Source: Eledone cirrhosa (taxonomy: Eukaryota). Taken from it: a stretch of DNA of 64,000 nt. Both the position numbers and the translations under genes were made by a program. Positions 1 to 14,013 of this stretch are shown here, in pieces. The stretch lies in NCBI GenBank assembly GCA_964016885.1, contig OZ024746.1, positions 55,242,001 to 55,306,000 of the forward strand, in the 5' to 3' direction. How positions within the stretch are numbered: position 1 is the stretch's first letter; the number at the start of each line of letters is the position of its first letter. The notes under the pieces are model-generated. The model did not search any database, was not told the origin of the DNA, and was given only the letters and a program-made list of their open reading frames with translations.

Positions 1-135
1 CTGTTTTTGATTTGCGCGATCTCGTTCGTGATGTATCCTCTGTTGGCACTGTTAGGGAGGGCGGATTTGTAGTGAACGAATAGGTCCCTGCAGGCTGCCT
101 TTCGGTAGAAGTTGCAGTGGATCCTTCCCTGTTCC
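1..135 (-). mobile_element. Penelope-like RT/thumb fragment, inverted paralogue of 2780-2912
   Basis: Reverse complement (ACTTCTACCGAAAGGCAGCCTGCAGGGACCTATTCGTTCACTACAAATCCGCCCTCCCTAACAGTGCC...ATCAAAAACAG) aligns with substitutions to 2790-2912 (FYxxAACRDLFVHYKSALPNSA.RGYITNEI); runs off the window edge. Confidence 0.85.
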
Positions 136-228
136 GATATACATGTCATCCAACGCTCTATGTTATCTGCATCACAGCTGACCGACTAGGGTTTGGAATG
201 CACATCCTTTGTTGGTTAGATCTATATT

Positions 229-857
<629 letters not shown>

Positions 858-1301
858 GCTAAGTAAAAAAAAAAACGCTGGTTGACCAATTAATCGACCG
901 ACTTTAGTGTAAACAAAAGTAAGCCCTTCACGATATGGGTACCTATAAGATATATATAAAGTATCAGACGGCGTGCCTGTAATATAAAGAGTGTCGGTTT
1001 ACTGTATTCTATGCATTCATCTTTTATTTATTATATAATAAACATTTGTATATATAAAACTGTGTTAAGTTTAGAAGCAATAAGGTAATAGTTATACTTA
1101 AACGATTTATTTGTTTAGAAGATGGTGGTTAAATTTGAAAATTATACACTATATTGTATAGTCAACAATATGAAGAAATCTACTAACTGAAACTGTAGGT
1201 TCGATTCCAATGCATATTGATGCTCATTCTTTTCCGATAAAGGGGGCGGTTACGCCCTGCTTCAGCAGATAAAAAAGAGTGAAAGCTACTAATTCAATTG
1301 A

Positions 1302-1379
<78 letters not shown>

Positions 1380-1429
1380 TGTGTGTGTGTGTGTCTGTAT
1401 ATATATATATGTATATATATATATGTGTG

Positions 1430-1464
<35 letters not shown>

Positions 1465-1473
1465 GTGTGTGTG

Positions 1474-1506
<33 letters not shown>

Positions 1507-1537
1507 GTGTGTGTATATATATATATGCATATATTTA

Positions 1538-1580
<43 letters not shown>

Positions 1581-1849
1581 ATATATATATATGTATCTCG
1601 TTTTGGAAGCCTCAACAATGCCGATGGCTAATTCTCGGGGTGGGTTGTGTGGGCGCTGTTATTTTATAACAGCGCCCCCACAACCCACCCCAATTTGCCA
1701 ACTTACCACCTCGACAACCCACTCCATCCCGCCTCCCACCAACCACTAACTCGATAGATAGGTTAAAACACCCCATCTCTGATATTCTACACACACACAC
1801 GTACAACACACCACCTCACTAAATCTCAACTCACCACTCTCTCCAACCT

Positions 1850-3395
1850 GAAATCGAAGAACATCACCTACTTCCCCCCGACAAGAGAAACGAATTCTGC
1901 GTCATCAGCAGAGAGACCTACAACACCCTGGCCCTCCAACACCTTGACGATGACAACTTCTACTCCAAGGTTACGGGAATCACTCCCGCGCAGATCGAGG
2001 AGCACATCAACGCCGCCTGGACCAACATCTGTGACCGGCGGAAGCTCCCGAAGAAGCTCAGATACAACCTCCTCACGAGGAACAGCAGACTACCCGCCTT
2101 CTACCACCTTGTGAAAACACACAAACAGGGACCCGACCTGAAGATCAGACCTATTGTATCGAGCATGGAAGGACCGCACTACAAAATTTCATGGCTCCTA
2201 GCCAGAATACTCAAACCCATACTAGACACCTCGCCGGGACACGTAAACCGCTCCGAGGAGGTGTTGGAGCGCCTGCATCAAATGGATCCCGACACCAGAA
2301 AGGCTAACAGATATGCCTTCAGCCTTGATGTGGTGCTCTTTAGACCTCGGTCCCGGCGCTCCCGGACGTTGATATACTGATGGAACGCGTCCAATCTACC
2401 GACCTATACTGCTTCGGGCTCACCCCCACTGACATCCACAAACTCCTATCCGTCGTCGTTGACAACACATACTTCGATTTTCTCGACCAAACATACCAGC
2501 AAAACTCGAGGCTGCCCATGGGCTCAAGACTGTCGGGTGTTCTAGCGATCTCATACATGGACAGCCTCAAGGGCAAGGCACTCAACACCTGCCACTTCAA
2601 CGACATCGCCTTTTTCTCAATGTACGTGGACGACATCCTCAACCTCACATATTCCCAGGGGATGGCGAATGGAATTTATGAGACGTTCAACAACACGGAC
2701 GAGAACATTGATTTCAGTGTTGAACACCCGTGCGACGACTGGTCACTTGCCCTCCTCGACTTCCCAATCAACATCAAGGAGCAGGGAGGGATCCACACTA
2801 ACTTCTACAGCAACGCAGCCTGCAGGGACTTGTTCGTCCACTACAAGTCTGCCCTCCCTAACAGTGCTAAAAGAGGGTACATAACGAACGAGATTACGCG
2901 AATTAAAAACAGATGCAGCGATCCCGTGAGTGGTGTCACCCACACCAAGCGATGCCTCAAAGTGGTGGAGACGAACGGGTACCCTGCCTCGCTCACAAAC
3001 AGAGTAAGAGACAGCAGACGCAAGATGCCTCTCCAGTAAACCCGGGAAATCGACTGACGCGTGTTCCCTCAGAAACTGTCCGATGCGCCATACGAACTGT
3101 TTCTTACGTATATAATTCGTGTATAATGTAGAATGTGACAAGTGCAACCACTGCTATATCAGTAGCACAATCAGCCGCTACACATCCGGATCAAGGGGCA
3201 CATCAACACCAGGGCTTCGTCTTTCCGGAAACACATAACCAGATGCGGAAACAAAGACGGAAGGCCCATTGTCACATTGCTAGCGACAGAACGCAACGTT
3301 GGCACGTTACGAATCAAGGAAGCACTTTGGATCAAACGCTTAGGGCCACAAATAATTAACCGATCCGAGAGAAGCGAAATGAGGTGGTTGGTGTA
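1850..3395 (+). pseudogene. Penelope-like retroelement RT + C-terminal GIY-YIG endonuclease, frameshifted
   Basis: Motifs PDK, KTHK...IRPIVS, SLDV, LPMGSRLSGVLA, MYVDD, LALLD (ORFs 2111-2380 and 2380-3039); after a frameshift VYNVECDKCNHCYISST...HIRIKGH...IKEALWIKRLGPQIINR at about 3115-3395. Confidence 0.9.
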
Positions 3396-3492
3396 AACAA
3401 ACGAGATAAGAACACACGCACACACACATAGTAGCATTCGAACGATTGTTATTGTGTGTGTAGCACCGCCACCATCCACCGACCAGGCAAAC

Positions 3493-3760
3493 GAATTCAA
3501 AACCTGTTCCCAAAGAGACCTATTATATTAAATATTTGTTGGTTTTTTTCAATAAACAAATCTCATCATTTCTGAAGACAGCATATATATGTGAAGGTAT
3601 GTATATGTCTTCTGATAGTTTGTAATAGTTTCACATAGATCTACATGATATACATACCAACACACATATATCCTAGAAACGATCAAATATGATGAATTTG
3701 TTAATATACGGAACTTGTACTTGTTTTTATTCATTGTTTTTATTAATTTATCTTGACTGT
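3493..3760 (+). mobile_element. 3' terminal (pLTR) fragment of the Naiad-like PLE family at 18531-20290
   Basis: Colinear with 20030-20290 (AATTCAAAxCCTGTTCCCAAA...TTTTTATTAATTTAT). Confidence 0.85.
3564..3694 (+). ncRNA. Type I hammerhead ribozyme motif, cleavage triplet mutated
   Basis: CATCATTT-CTGAAGA-long stem II-GAAA-CGATC-AAATATGATG; the paralogue at 20102-20235 keeps CGATCG-TA. Confidence 0.6.
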
Positions 3761-3872
3761 GTTTTCCTATGATTTTCATCGAAAATTGTTGAATGCATCT
3801 TCTCTTTTCATGATATTTGGATCCCATTGAGTTCTTCATACGGATTGGACACTACCGTATATTTTGGTAGAA

Positions 3873-3943
<71 letters not shown>

Positions 3944-4016
3944 TTTCAGAAGGGTGAAAGCAGCGATTCTTTGATTAAACTTTAATCCGTTATTTTAATA
4001 TATATATATATATTTT

Positions 4017-4084
4017 CACCCACTGATGAGCAATAATTCAATTAATTTTGCGAAACAGCATAGCCAAACGCTGTATTGATCGGT
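4017..4084 (+). ncRNA. Type I hammerhead ribozyme motif (stem I weak)
   Basis: CTGATGA (4023-4029), stem II GCAA/TTGC, GAAA (4052-4055), stem III CAGC/GCTG, GUA triplet (4073-4075). Confidence 0.7.
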
Positions 4085-4206
4085 AGTTACCCCAATTCCG
4101 GTTTGTATTTATTTTCTTGATTTATTCTTAAATTGAGTCTGGCAGACCCTATTGTCCATAGTTAGTATTTTTTTCACCTTAGCGAACATGATCTCTTACG
4201 ATTTGA

Positions 4207-4279
<73 letters not shown>

Positions 4280-4829
4280 TGTGCTTGCTTATATCTTTTT
4301 TATATTCAATTATGATATACGGCTCGGAAAAATCTCTTTCTTAGAGCCATTTAATTGCACGAGGCTATTTTGAGTTTCTAACTCAATAAAACTTTGAGAT
4401 ATATATATATATATACAAACGCGCACGCACACATACATAAACACACACACATTTATATATATAATATGGATAACAGTTAATTATTTGTAAGGACATGTTC
4501 GTAGATATGTAATTAATGAATTATTCTTACTCGAAAGAAACAGTGTTCTCTGTTGGAAAACGAAGCTTCTCTTTTAAGAAAACAGCGGTGAAGATATAAC
4601 AGCTTTTAAAACATCTTTGATCTAATTTCATGAACTGTGAGTCAGTAAAGCAGTTATTTTGCTAAACTTCATTGTCGTTTGTTAATCAACTCTGTGAAAC
4701 ACTGTTCCTCATGCTTGCTATGCGTACAGAATGCTAGTGCAACATGATCTCTTCACACACACACTTTCTCTTTCTCCAGCTCTCTTATCATATGTGAGTT
4801 TATGTGAGTATTTGCGTATCCATAAATGC

Positions 4830-4958
<129 letters not shown>

Positions 4959-5049
4959 CGAAGGAAATGTGGTAAGGAACCAGGTGGACCATAACGCACC
5001 AAAGTACTCAATACTTGAGGTAGTAGAGTGGGTAATAGGAACCAGTAAG

Positions 5050-5143
5050 ACCCCGACAGCTGAGCTCAAGCCGTTTCGACGGCTAATTCTGGACTAAATG
5101 AAAATTTATCCTGGTATTTAAATAGCCGATCTTCTCAAGGGGT
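5050..5143 (-). ncRNA. Degenerate type I hammerhead motif
   Basis: Minus strand: ACCCC-TTGAGAA-GA(T)CGGCTA...TAGCCGTC-GAAA-CGGC...GCTG-TC-GGGGT; stems I-III pair but the first core box is mutated; the 3' half recurs on + at about 53007-53044. Confidence 0.55.
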
Positions 5144-5371
5144 AATTCCATATATGGTCAAAGTGATTGTCAAAAATCAGTAGTAATTCTGTGGTTGCAA
5201 ATTAGTAGGGGAGATGGTGGCTAAACCTGCCAGTAGGAGAAAGAGGGGAGGGGGTGGAGTAGACCCAATCAAGCGTTGGTAGTGCCAGCTACAGCTGGGC
5301 ATGAGGTCAAAGAAGATACAGGGGAGGCGGAGGGGGAGGAAGTCGGAACGGTAGGTAGAACAATAGGAAAG

Positions 5372-5403
<32 letters not shown>

Positions 5404-5456
5404 TGAGAGTGAAGAAAGGCAAATAAGTGTAAAGAAAAGTAAAGTAAATTAAATTC

Positions 5457-6353
5457 TACGACCTAGGTGTCAGGCTATTGTTAGGCGAGAATAAAATAAA
5501 GAAAGAAAGAAAGAAGTAAAAAAATAAATAAATGAATAAATAAGGAAATAAGTAAGAGAACTAGGTGGGACGGATAAGGCAAGGACCCTTTTAAGAGGTA
5601 TAAGTACGTAAATGATACGGTGACGGGTCAACAAAAGGGGCCAAAATACTAAAGAGACTACCACGAAATAAACAATAAAGGTTTCCATCCCGGGCCAGCA
5701 ACGACCCAGTGCAGCAAAGTGAACTTGTACGAGATAATAATAGTACGAGATAATAATAGTACCCCCACCCCCCCTCCCCTAGTCTTTGATAGATTTGGCG
5801 GACTCCGCCCTTTATAGCAGCTGGCTTAGACCCCGGATACTTTCCCCCTTTTTCCGACCGCTCCCACTATTCTCTGTGCCCTCTATATTTCTTAGTGGCA
5901 CATGCCTTATTTTTTCGTTTCAGTATTTCTTGCTTCGCTCTTCTTCTGGGCGGGGTGGATTCTGAATTTATTTCTCCGTATTCTACCTTTATTTCGTACG
6001 AACTTTCATGTAGCTTGTTTTAGATCTTTTAGAGTTAGCATTAGTATATATTTTTCTCGGGACTCAGAATTATTATCTCGTACAAGTTCACTTTGCTGCA
6101 CTGGGTCGTTGCTGGCCCGGGATGGAAACCTTTATTGTTTATTTCGTGGTAGTCTCTTTAGTATTTTGGCCCCTTTTGTTGACCCGTCACCGTATCATTT
6201 ACGTACTTATACCTCTTAAAAGGGTCCTTGCCTTATCCGTCCCACCTAGTTCTCTTACTTATTTCCTTATTTATTCATTTATTTATTTTTTTACTTCTTT
6301 CTTTCTTTCTTTATTTTATTCTCGCCTAACAATAGCCTGACACCTAGGTCGTA
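5457..6353. repeat. Inverted repeat with arms of about 285 bp (5457-5741 and 6069-6353) ending at the gap
   Basis: Arms are reverse complements; the identical 72-aa ORF appears at 5470-5688(-) and 6122-6340(+). Confidence 0.95.
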
Positions 6354-6553
6354 NNNNNNNNNNNNNNNNNNNNNNNNNNNNNNNNNNNNNNNNNNNNNNN
6401 NNNNNNNNNNNNNNNNNNNNNNNNNNNNNNNNNNNNNNNNNNNNNNNNNNNNNNNNNNNNNNNNNNNNNNNNNNNNNNNNNNNNNNNNNNNNNNNNNNNN
6501 NNNNNNNNNNNNNNNNNNNNNNNNNNNNNNNNNNNNNNNNNNNNNNNNNNNNN
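6354..6553. other. Assembly gap (200 N)
   Basis: Run of N. Confidence 1.
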
Positions 6554-6667
6554 GATTTTTACCATAGAATGAAAATGATTCATTTGATTTTGGACAACTT
6601 CAGCTAGGTAAATACTGTGTATACCTGTATGTGTTTGTGTGTGTGTGTGTGCCGCGCGCGTGTGTGT

Positions 6668-6739
<72 letters not shown>

Positions 6740-8063
6740 AAGTGTGAATATGTATGTGTGAATATGTATGTGTGAATATGTATTTTTTAAGTTATAGGCA
6801 TGCATGTATATACGTACGTATGTATGTATATATGCATGTATATACGTATTTTCCGTCTTTTGAATTTATTTTTGAGCGGGCACCGCCTCGGTTAGAAATT
6901 TGTAAAGCCTTCATCCTTTGAACCTTAAGATCGTTTTACAATTTTATAAGGGTCCACATATCGCCTTTATTGATAGGTTATAAATTAAGGAGCTAAGTCA
7001 TGTTTCCACAAATCCAAGTTCTGGTATACTTTGATGCATTTGGGTTAGTATATAACCTGTAACTCCAATAATAACGGGTATGAAACTAAATGTATATCTT
7101 GGATACTTGATCTGAAGAATGTTTATTAATAGTCCTTAGATATCCTCCTTCTCTTGCATTTTTCTTACCCCATTGACATCAAGTAAGGACCTGAATTCTA
7201 CAGTAGATTATGACTTATGGTGTAGCCCCTAAAAAAAAAAAGGCCGGTTATCATTTAATTTGGGGGCAATATTTATTTTTAGGTGCCACTAGTATTTATT
7301 TGAGCCATTTCCTCCCTATTCATTGTTATTTTCGTCTTTAGTAGTGCATTCCAGATCAATCTAGCTATCACATCATGCCTCATGGGGACATAACAACAAG
7401 AAGAGCTTATTTCCCATTTGTCAATGATGTGACTAACATCGTAAATCTACATTTATTGTCAGTTGATGACATTACTTTTTGTTGTGCAGTAGATGTTTGG
7501 TGTGCATTTCTTGTTTCTGGATTGCATGGAGATATACCTTCAGGTGTAAGCTTATGAACATTTCAGAACCCAATGTCAGGCTTTTAATACGATGTAAGCA
7601 TGTATGTACGTATATATGTATGTATGTATGCACGTACGTATGTATGTGTCTACGTACGTATGTATGTACGTACGTATGTATGCATGTATGTATCTGCGTA
7701 TGTATGTACGTACGTATGTAGGCATGTATCTATGTACGTATGTATGACCTTACATATAATACAATAACACTATGGGTACATAAGTATAGACAGAGAGAAA
7801 GATAAATAAAACACAGTTCTTCAAATAAATATATGTCAAATTAAACACCAGAAAATGCCGAAGGTTTGACCTCGCACAACAACTGTACCATATTTCGAAT
7901 ATATTTCGTATATCATTGCGCATGCGTTAAATTGTCACTACAGAGCTGTGTGCACACACACACACACATACATATTCATATATATCATACAAGGTAGAAA
8001 AATGCACACACATTCTACCATACAGAATGATATAAAATGCACACATATATATATATATATATA

Positions 8064-9368
8064 TGTAAATATGATAATGGAGCTGCGGCGCTGCAAATGG
8101 GTTACATATGAAAAAGTTTGTCCTCATCAGTGGCCATCCAACCGTCGTAGGCATTTCTTTGCATTAAAGGCCATATACCTCAGGTTGGTGCGAGCAACGG
8201 CTAAAAAAAAGTCGTTGGGACACGTAAATAAGGGGGACGCTAGGGTAAACGAACAAAATGGTTTAAGCAGCAGAAAGTGATGAAGAAGGAAACAAGTCCC
8301 AGATTTCTATGAATATAAATTCGGTGGAATCGTGAACGAGAGAATAAAGGCCATCAACCTGGTTGAAATGTGAGCAAGGAAGGAATTTCGCACAGGTCTA
8401 ACGGGAGGAAGAAGGGGTCTGGTCGGCGAATTCGGTAAACATAAGTTCTGTGAAGTCGCAGACGAGAGAGAGAGAAAAAAAATTCATACCGGCTTGGCCA
8501 AGTGCCCGCGAGAAAAGGATTATGGACAGGTCAAACGGGAAGAAAGGGGAGGAGGAGAGGTAGTGACAGAGAGTGAGTGAGTGAAAGGTGAGGAAGAGGC
8601 TAACAGAGAGAGAGACTGCTAGAAAGGGTAAAGACACAAAGAACGAAACAGACTGGTGGCAGCGGAGGAAAAAATATATGTGTAAATATGATAATAATGG
8701 AGCTGCGGCGCTGCAAATGGGTGACATATGAAAAAGTTTGTCCTCATCAGTGGCCATCCAACCGTCGTAGGCATTTCTTCGCATTAAAGGCAATATACCT
8801 CAGGTTGGTGCGAGCAACGGCTAAAAAAAGTCGTTGGGACACGTAAATAAGGGGGACGCTAGGGTAAACGAACAAAATGGTTTAAGCAGCAGAAAGTGAT
8901 GAAGAAGGAAACAAGTCCCAGATTTCTATGAATATAAATTCGGTGGAATCGTGAATGAGAGAATAAAGACCATCAAACCTGGTTGAAATGTGAGCAAGGA
9001 AGGAATTTCGCACAGGTCTAACGGGAGGAAGAAGGGGTCCGGTCGGCGAATTCGGTAAACATAAGTTCTGTGAAGTCGCAGACGAGAGAGAGAGAAAAAA
9101 ATTCATACCGGCTTGGCCAAGTGCCCGCGAGAAAAGGATTATGGACAGGTCAAACGGGAAGAAAGGGGAGGAGGAGAGGTAGTGACAGAGAGTGAGTGAG
9201 TGAAAGGTGAGAAAGAGGCTAACAGAGAGAGAGACTGCTAGAAAGGGTAAAGACACAAAGAACGAAACAGACTGGCGGCAGCGGAGGAAAAAATATATGT
9301 GTAAATATGATAATAATGGATCTGCGGCGCTGCAAATGGGTTAAATATGAAAAAGTTTGTCCTCATCG
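8064..9368. repeat. Tandem repeat with a unit of about 618 bp (2 full + 1 partial), member of a dispersed ORF-less family
   Basis: Unit start TGTAAATATGATAAT at 8064, 8681 and 9300; diverged relatives at about 48020-48240 and 58511-59142. Confidence 0.9.
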
Positions 9369-9375
9369 TATATAT

Positions 9376-9395
9376 AACGTACGGAGAAGCCTTTC

Positions 9396-9439
<44 letters not shown>

Positions 9440-9459
9440 GAAAGGCTTCTCCGTACGTT
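9376..9459. repeat. Perfect palindrome centred on (TA)n
   Basis: AACGTACGGAGAAGCCTTTCG-(TA)n-CGAAAGGCTTCTCCGTACGTT. Confidence 0.95.
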
Positions 9460-9672
9460 TCTTCGGAAACTATGTTTATTCCCTTTCAGAAACTAATTAG
9501 TTGGAGTGAAATTTTAGTAAGTAAGTTAATTTTTATAATTTTCTTATTTTACATCTCTCATATTATTGTTCTGCATCCCCATGCATTGAACCACAAAGTT
9601 ACTAAGACAAAACCTATATATTTGCTGGCATAGGTATGCATCTGTATATATATGTTAGTAGATATACTAATT

Positions 9673-9891
<219 letters not shown>

Positions 9892-10061
9892 AAATATTAA
9901 ACAAATAATGAACAAACAATTCCTTATATTAAACAAAAAAAGTTCACCATTTAACGGACACTACCGTAAACTCTTGGTAGATTTATCTACATATATATGT
10001 ATATATATATATTTATATATATATGTATTTATATATATGTACATATATATATTTGTATGTG

Positions 10062-10170
<109 letters not shown>

Positions 10171-10461
10171 GCATTAAAACAACAATAGAAAGCCGGATTT
10201 GAAATTTAGCTTAGAATTTAAATTTCGCAAACGCACTATTCTTATTTCGATGGCCCAGCCTTATCATCTGATCATGGTGGAAGACATAGACGATTTCATC
10301 AGGTGATAATTGTAGAATCATTTCCATAAGCCAACAGGATGGAACTAATTGTTCCATCATGATCGGATGATAAGTCTTAGCCATCGAAATGAGTATAGTG
10401 ATTTCGGAGAATTAATATTCTAAAGTAAATTTCCAGTCCGGCTTTCTGTTGTTGTTTTAAT
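10171..10461. repeat. Diverged fold-back cassette with hammerhead-like remnant on the minus strand (10232-10307)
   Basis: Arms at about 10171-10282 and 10352-10461; minus strand ATCAC-CTGATGA...GAAA-TAAGAA-TA-GTG; right arm GAAA-TGAGTA-TA-GTGAT. Confidence 0.7.
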
Positions 10462-10735
10462 GAATATTTAATTCTGTTCCTGCACTAGATAAATAGATTT
10501 ATAAGGAAAAGAAATCGAAAATGCAACTGGAGTCTTTGTTAAAATATATTTTATTTTCATTTACCGGTTTCACAGTACTTATCCTTTTCAAAAGTAGAAT
10601 TGAGATATAATATTTGTGGTTTGTCTCTGCGATTAAAGGAAAAAAAATAAATATGCTTAAAAAGACTCCAGTTGCATTTTCGATTTTACTTATAATTTCA
10701 CCCGTGTAGTATATATATATATATATATAATTATT

Positions 10736-10813
<78 letters not shown>

Positions 10814-10890
10814 GATAGATAGATAGATAGATATAGATATATAGTAAATATATTTTTAAAACAGTGAGCAGGTTTGAAATTATAAAATAG

Positions 10891-11078
10891 AATAGCTTCC
10901 ACCGTATTTTTGACTAAATAAATGTTTGTCTTATAATGGGGTTTAGAATCCTCAGATAAATGGAAAAATATGAGTAGTGACATACATGTACGTCAATACT
11001 CATCTTTTTCCATTTATCTGAGGGTTCTAAACCCCATTATAAGCATAACATTTCTTTAGTCAAAAATACGGGGAAAGC

Positions 11079-11082
<4 letters not shown>
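10891..11082. repeat. Fold-back palindrome with arms of about 95 bp
   Basis: AATAGCTTCCACCGTATTTTTGACTAAA...TGACATACATGTACGTCA...TTTAGTCAAAAATACGGGGAAAGCTATT. Confidence 0.9.
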
Positions 11083-11150
<68 letters not shown>

Positions 11151-11374
11151 GTACATATCTGTGTGTATATGTATTTCAATGTATCGTAGCAGATAATTTG
11201 AGGATATATAGATATACACATTTGTGAAAATAAATAGATCGACACACTATAGAGACGCCAACGAATTAAGTCCAACTCAACTCAGGCAAGAATGTCTGGA
11301 CAAATCTGTATAACCAGACAGACAAATTTAGCACAGAACTTAACATAGAAACAAATTTACTGGAGCAATTCAAT

Positions 11375-11430
<56 letters not shown>

Positions 11431-11859
11431 ATACTACTACAATATGTACATTATTATCATTCTAATTATCATTAATAGCACTGTCAGCAAAATATAATTT
11501 TGAAACACCATCACTGAAGCAATTCAATAAAAAAACTCGAAATCAACAGCAAAACATCAATAACACAATCATCACAGTAGCATCACTACCATCACCAATA
11601 ATAACAACAGCAACAAAAATAAGAAAATAGAGTATACCAACATCAACAACAAAGCAGCCTACAACAAAAATATTAACACCCACATGACTAACAACACCCC
11701 CACCATCATCCACCTCACTAGCCACATCATCACAACAGCAACAACTTTAACACTGCTTCAGCAACAGACAACAGAAAGTGCAACAGCAACACCAGTGCCA
11801 TTACGCGGCACTTGTTTACCAACACCAATACCAACACCAACATTTTTTTTTCTTTCTCT

Positions 11860-12136
11860 TAAGCCAGAAGGCTCATTAGGCCGTTGCTTATCCCGGTTTG
11901 ATGGCATGAAGCAACTGAGAGTAAAATACCCCCCCCCCCCCCTCACATGGACAGGACGCCAGTCCATTGCAGGTTTAAACCTCCAGCTATTGCTGGTACT
12001 CATTTTCAGCTGAGTACACTGGAGCAACGTGAAATAAAGTGTTTTGCTTAAGAACACACCGCGCAACACAGAAATCGAACCCACAACATTATGATCGTAA
12101 GTCCAATACCCTTACCACTAGGCCACGCGCCTCCAC
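11860..12136 (-). mobile_element. tRNA-derived CORE-like SINE with a different 3' part
   Basis: Minus strand head GGCGCGTGGCCTAGTGGTAAGG...GGTTCGATTTC (A and B boxes), core GTGTTCTTAAGCAAAACACTTTATTTCACGTTGCTCCAGTGTACTCAGCTG, A-rich tail. Confidence 0.85.
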
Positions 12137-13054
12137 ACGTCAACATCATCAACAACAATTTCAACTATATCCCTGCCACTAACACTCAACGAAGCTCCCT
12201 TACCACCACTACGAGCATCACCATCAAAAAACAATATTAGCATCAACAACAACATCAGCATCAACACGATTACCATCAACATTACCACTACCATCACCAC
12301 CAGCACCGTCGGTAGCACCATCATAAAGAACAACAAAAGCAGCAACAACAGGCTGAAAGTGCTCACACATTTGGAAAGTAAAACGCAAGGTCGCCTTCAA
12401 AATTCAATTAGCATATTGCAAAGGATGATGGGAATGAAGACACTAGGAACACTGTGGTGCCACCTTGCGGCTGATTTACTCCGTGATTTATAAGATTTTT
12501 CTTTGTCACTAATAATTAAATTCTCTTATGTATATATTTATTTTAGTTTTTATCATTGTTTTCGTTGTTGATGTAGTTTGTTTAAATTTTCTGTTTAGTT
12601 TCGTAAAAGTACTAAGAATGTATAATGCATGTAGCTGTGTTAGTACTAGTATTATTTGTAATACTGTTGGTGGTGGGGGTAGTGGTGGTGGTGGTAAAGT
12701 AGAACTTTGCAGAGTGGTAGCAGTGTTTTGGTTGTGTTGTTGTCGGAGGGGTTGAATGTGGGCTTAGGTTGTGGGTAAGAGTGGTGGTGAAACTGATGGG
12801 GAATAGTAGTTATGTTGCTGTTGGTGGTTGTGGTAGTTGTGGTGATTGCAATACTGTTAGTGATGCTTGGATAAAATGTTATATAGATCAACAGATGGTT
12901 AAATAGATTCCCATATATAAATATATTTATATATATATATACACACACACACAAAGAGAAGGGGAAAGAGAATAATAAGATCGAGAAAGGAAAAGAGGGC
13001 TTTTGATGAGAGAGCGAGAAAGAAAATAGGCTTTGGATGAAGGGGGAGAGTGAA

Positions 13055-13091
<37 letters not shown>

Positions 13092-13101
13092 AATAGAGAG
13101 A

Positions 13102-13180
<79 letters not shown>

Positions 13181-13760
13181 TGGGGAATGACCTGAAAGGA
13201 AAAAAGGGAATAGACTAAGATATGAATGAAAAGTGTGGGAGGATTTTGTGTGAAAGAGTTCGAAAAAATGGTAGGAATAGAACATCAAGGGTATATAATA
13301 GCCCTAATAATTGACTAACGGAAGGAAAGAAAGAATGAAAGAAACCAAATAAAAAATGAAAAAATAATGAAATGGAAGTATGAAGGAAAGAAAGGAAACA
13401 AGAGGACAGAGTATATAAACACATGAAAGGGAGAGAGAGAAAGAAGAAAATAGAAAGAGAAATTGACGGAAAAGAAGAAAGCACATAGAAAGAAAGAATG
13501 AAAGGAAGAAAAAAAAGAGAATGCACAAAGAGAGAAAAATGAAAAATAGACAAATAGAAAGAATTGAAATTCGTAGAAAATTGGGGATTGAGAACGAAAT
13601 GAAGACAAAAATCCAAAAGACTAAACAGGATTGCTAAAGTGAAGATGAAGAAATATATGGAGCGAGCAGAAAGAAAAAGAATGGTGATAGAAAATGATGA
13701 GAGAATAGATAGACAGATAGGTTGATGGATATATAGCTGGATAGTTTGGTAGATGTATGG

Positions 13761-14013
13761 ATAGATAGATAGATACATAGCTATGTAGATAGATATGTAT
13801 ATGGATAGATAGCTGGATAGTTAGGTAGATGTATGGATGGATAGATAGATAGATACATAGCTATATAGATAGATATGTATATGGATAGATAGCTGGATAG
13901 TTAGGTAGATGTATGGATGGATAGATAGATAGATACATAGCTATGTAGATAGATATGTATATGGATAGATAGCTGGATAGTTTGGTAGATGTATGGATGG
14001 ATAGATAGATAGA
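13761..14013. repeat. 80-bp higher-order minisatellite derived from (GATA)n, about 3.2 copies
   Basis: Unit starts at 13761, 13841, 13921 and 14001 with near identity. Confidence 0.9.

Noticed and set aside
1230-1270. GGGCG-GTTA-CGCCC hairpin near a CTGAAG on minus; terminator- or ribozyme-like
   Set aside because: Core incomplete and no stems I/III; bacterial terminator logic does not apply to this sequence
8277-8300. GTGATGA-AGAAG-GAAA-CAAG-TC on plus resembling a hammerhead
   Set aside because: First core base is wrong, and there is no stem II or stem I complementarity
11543-12366. Thr-rich or hydrophobic ORFs
   Set aside because: Degenerate (CAA/CAC)n low-complexity sequence plus a SINE
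13761-14013. Regularly spaced repeats as a CRISPR-like array
   Set aside because: Pure tandem unit with no unique spacers, in a eukaryotic context
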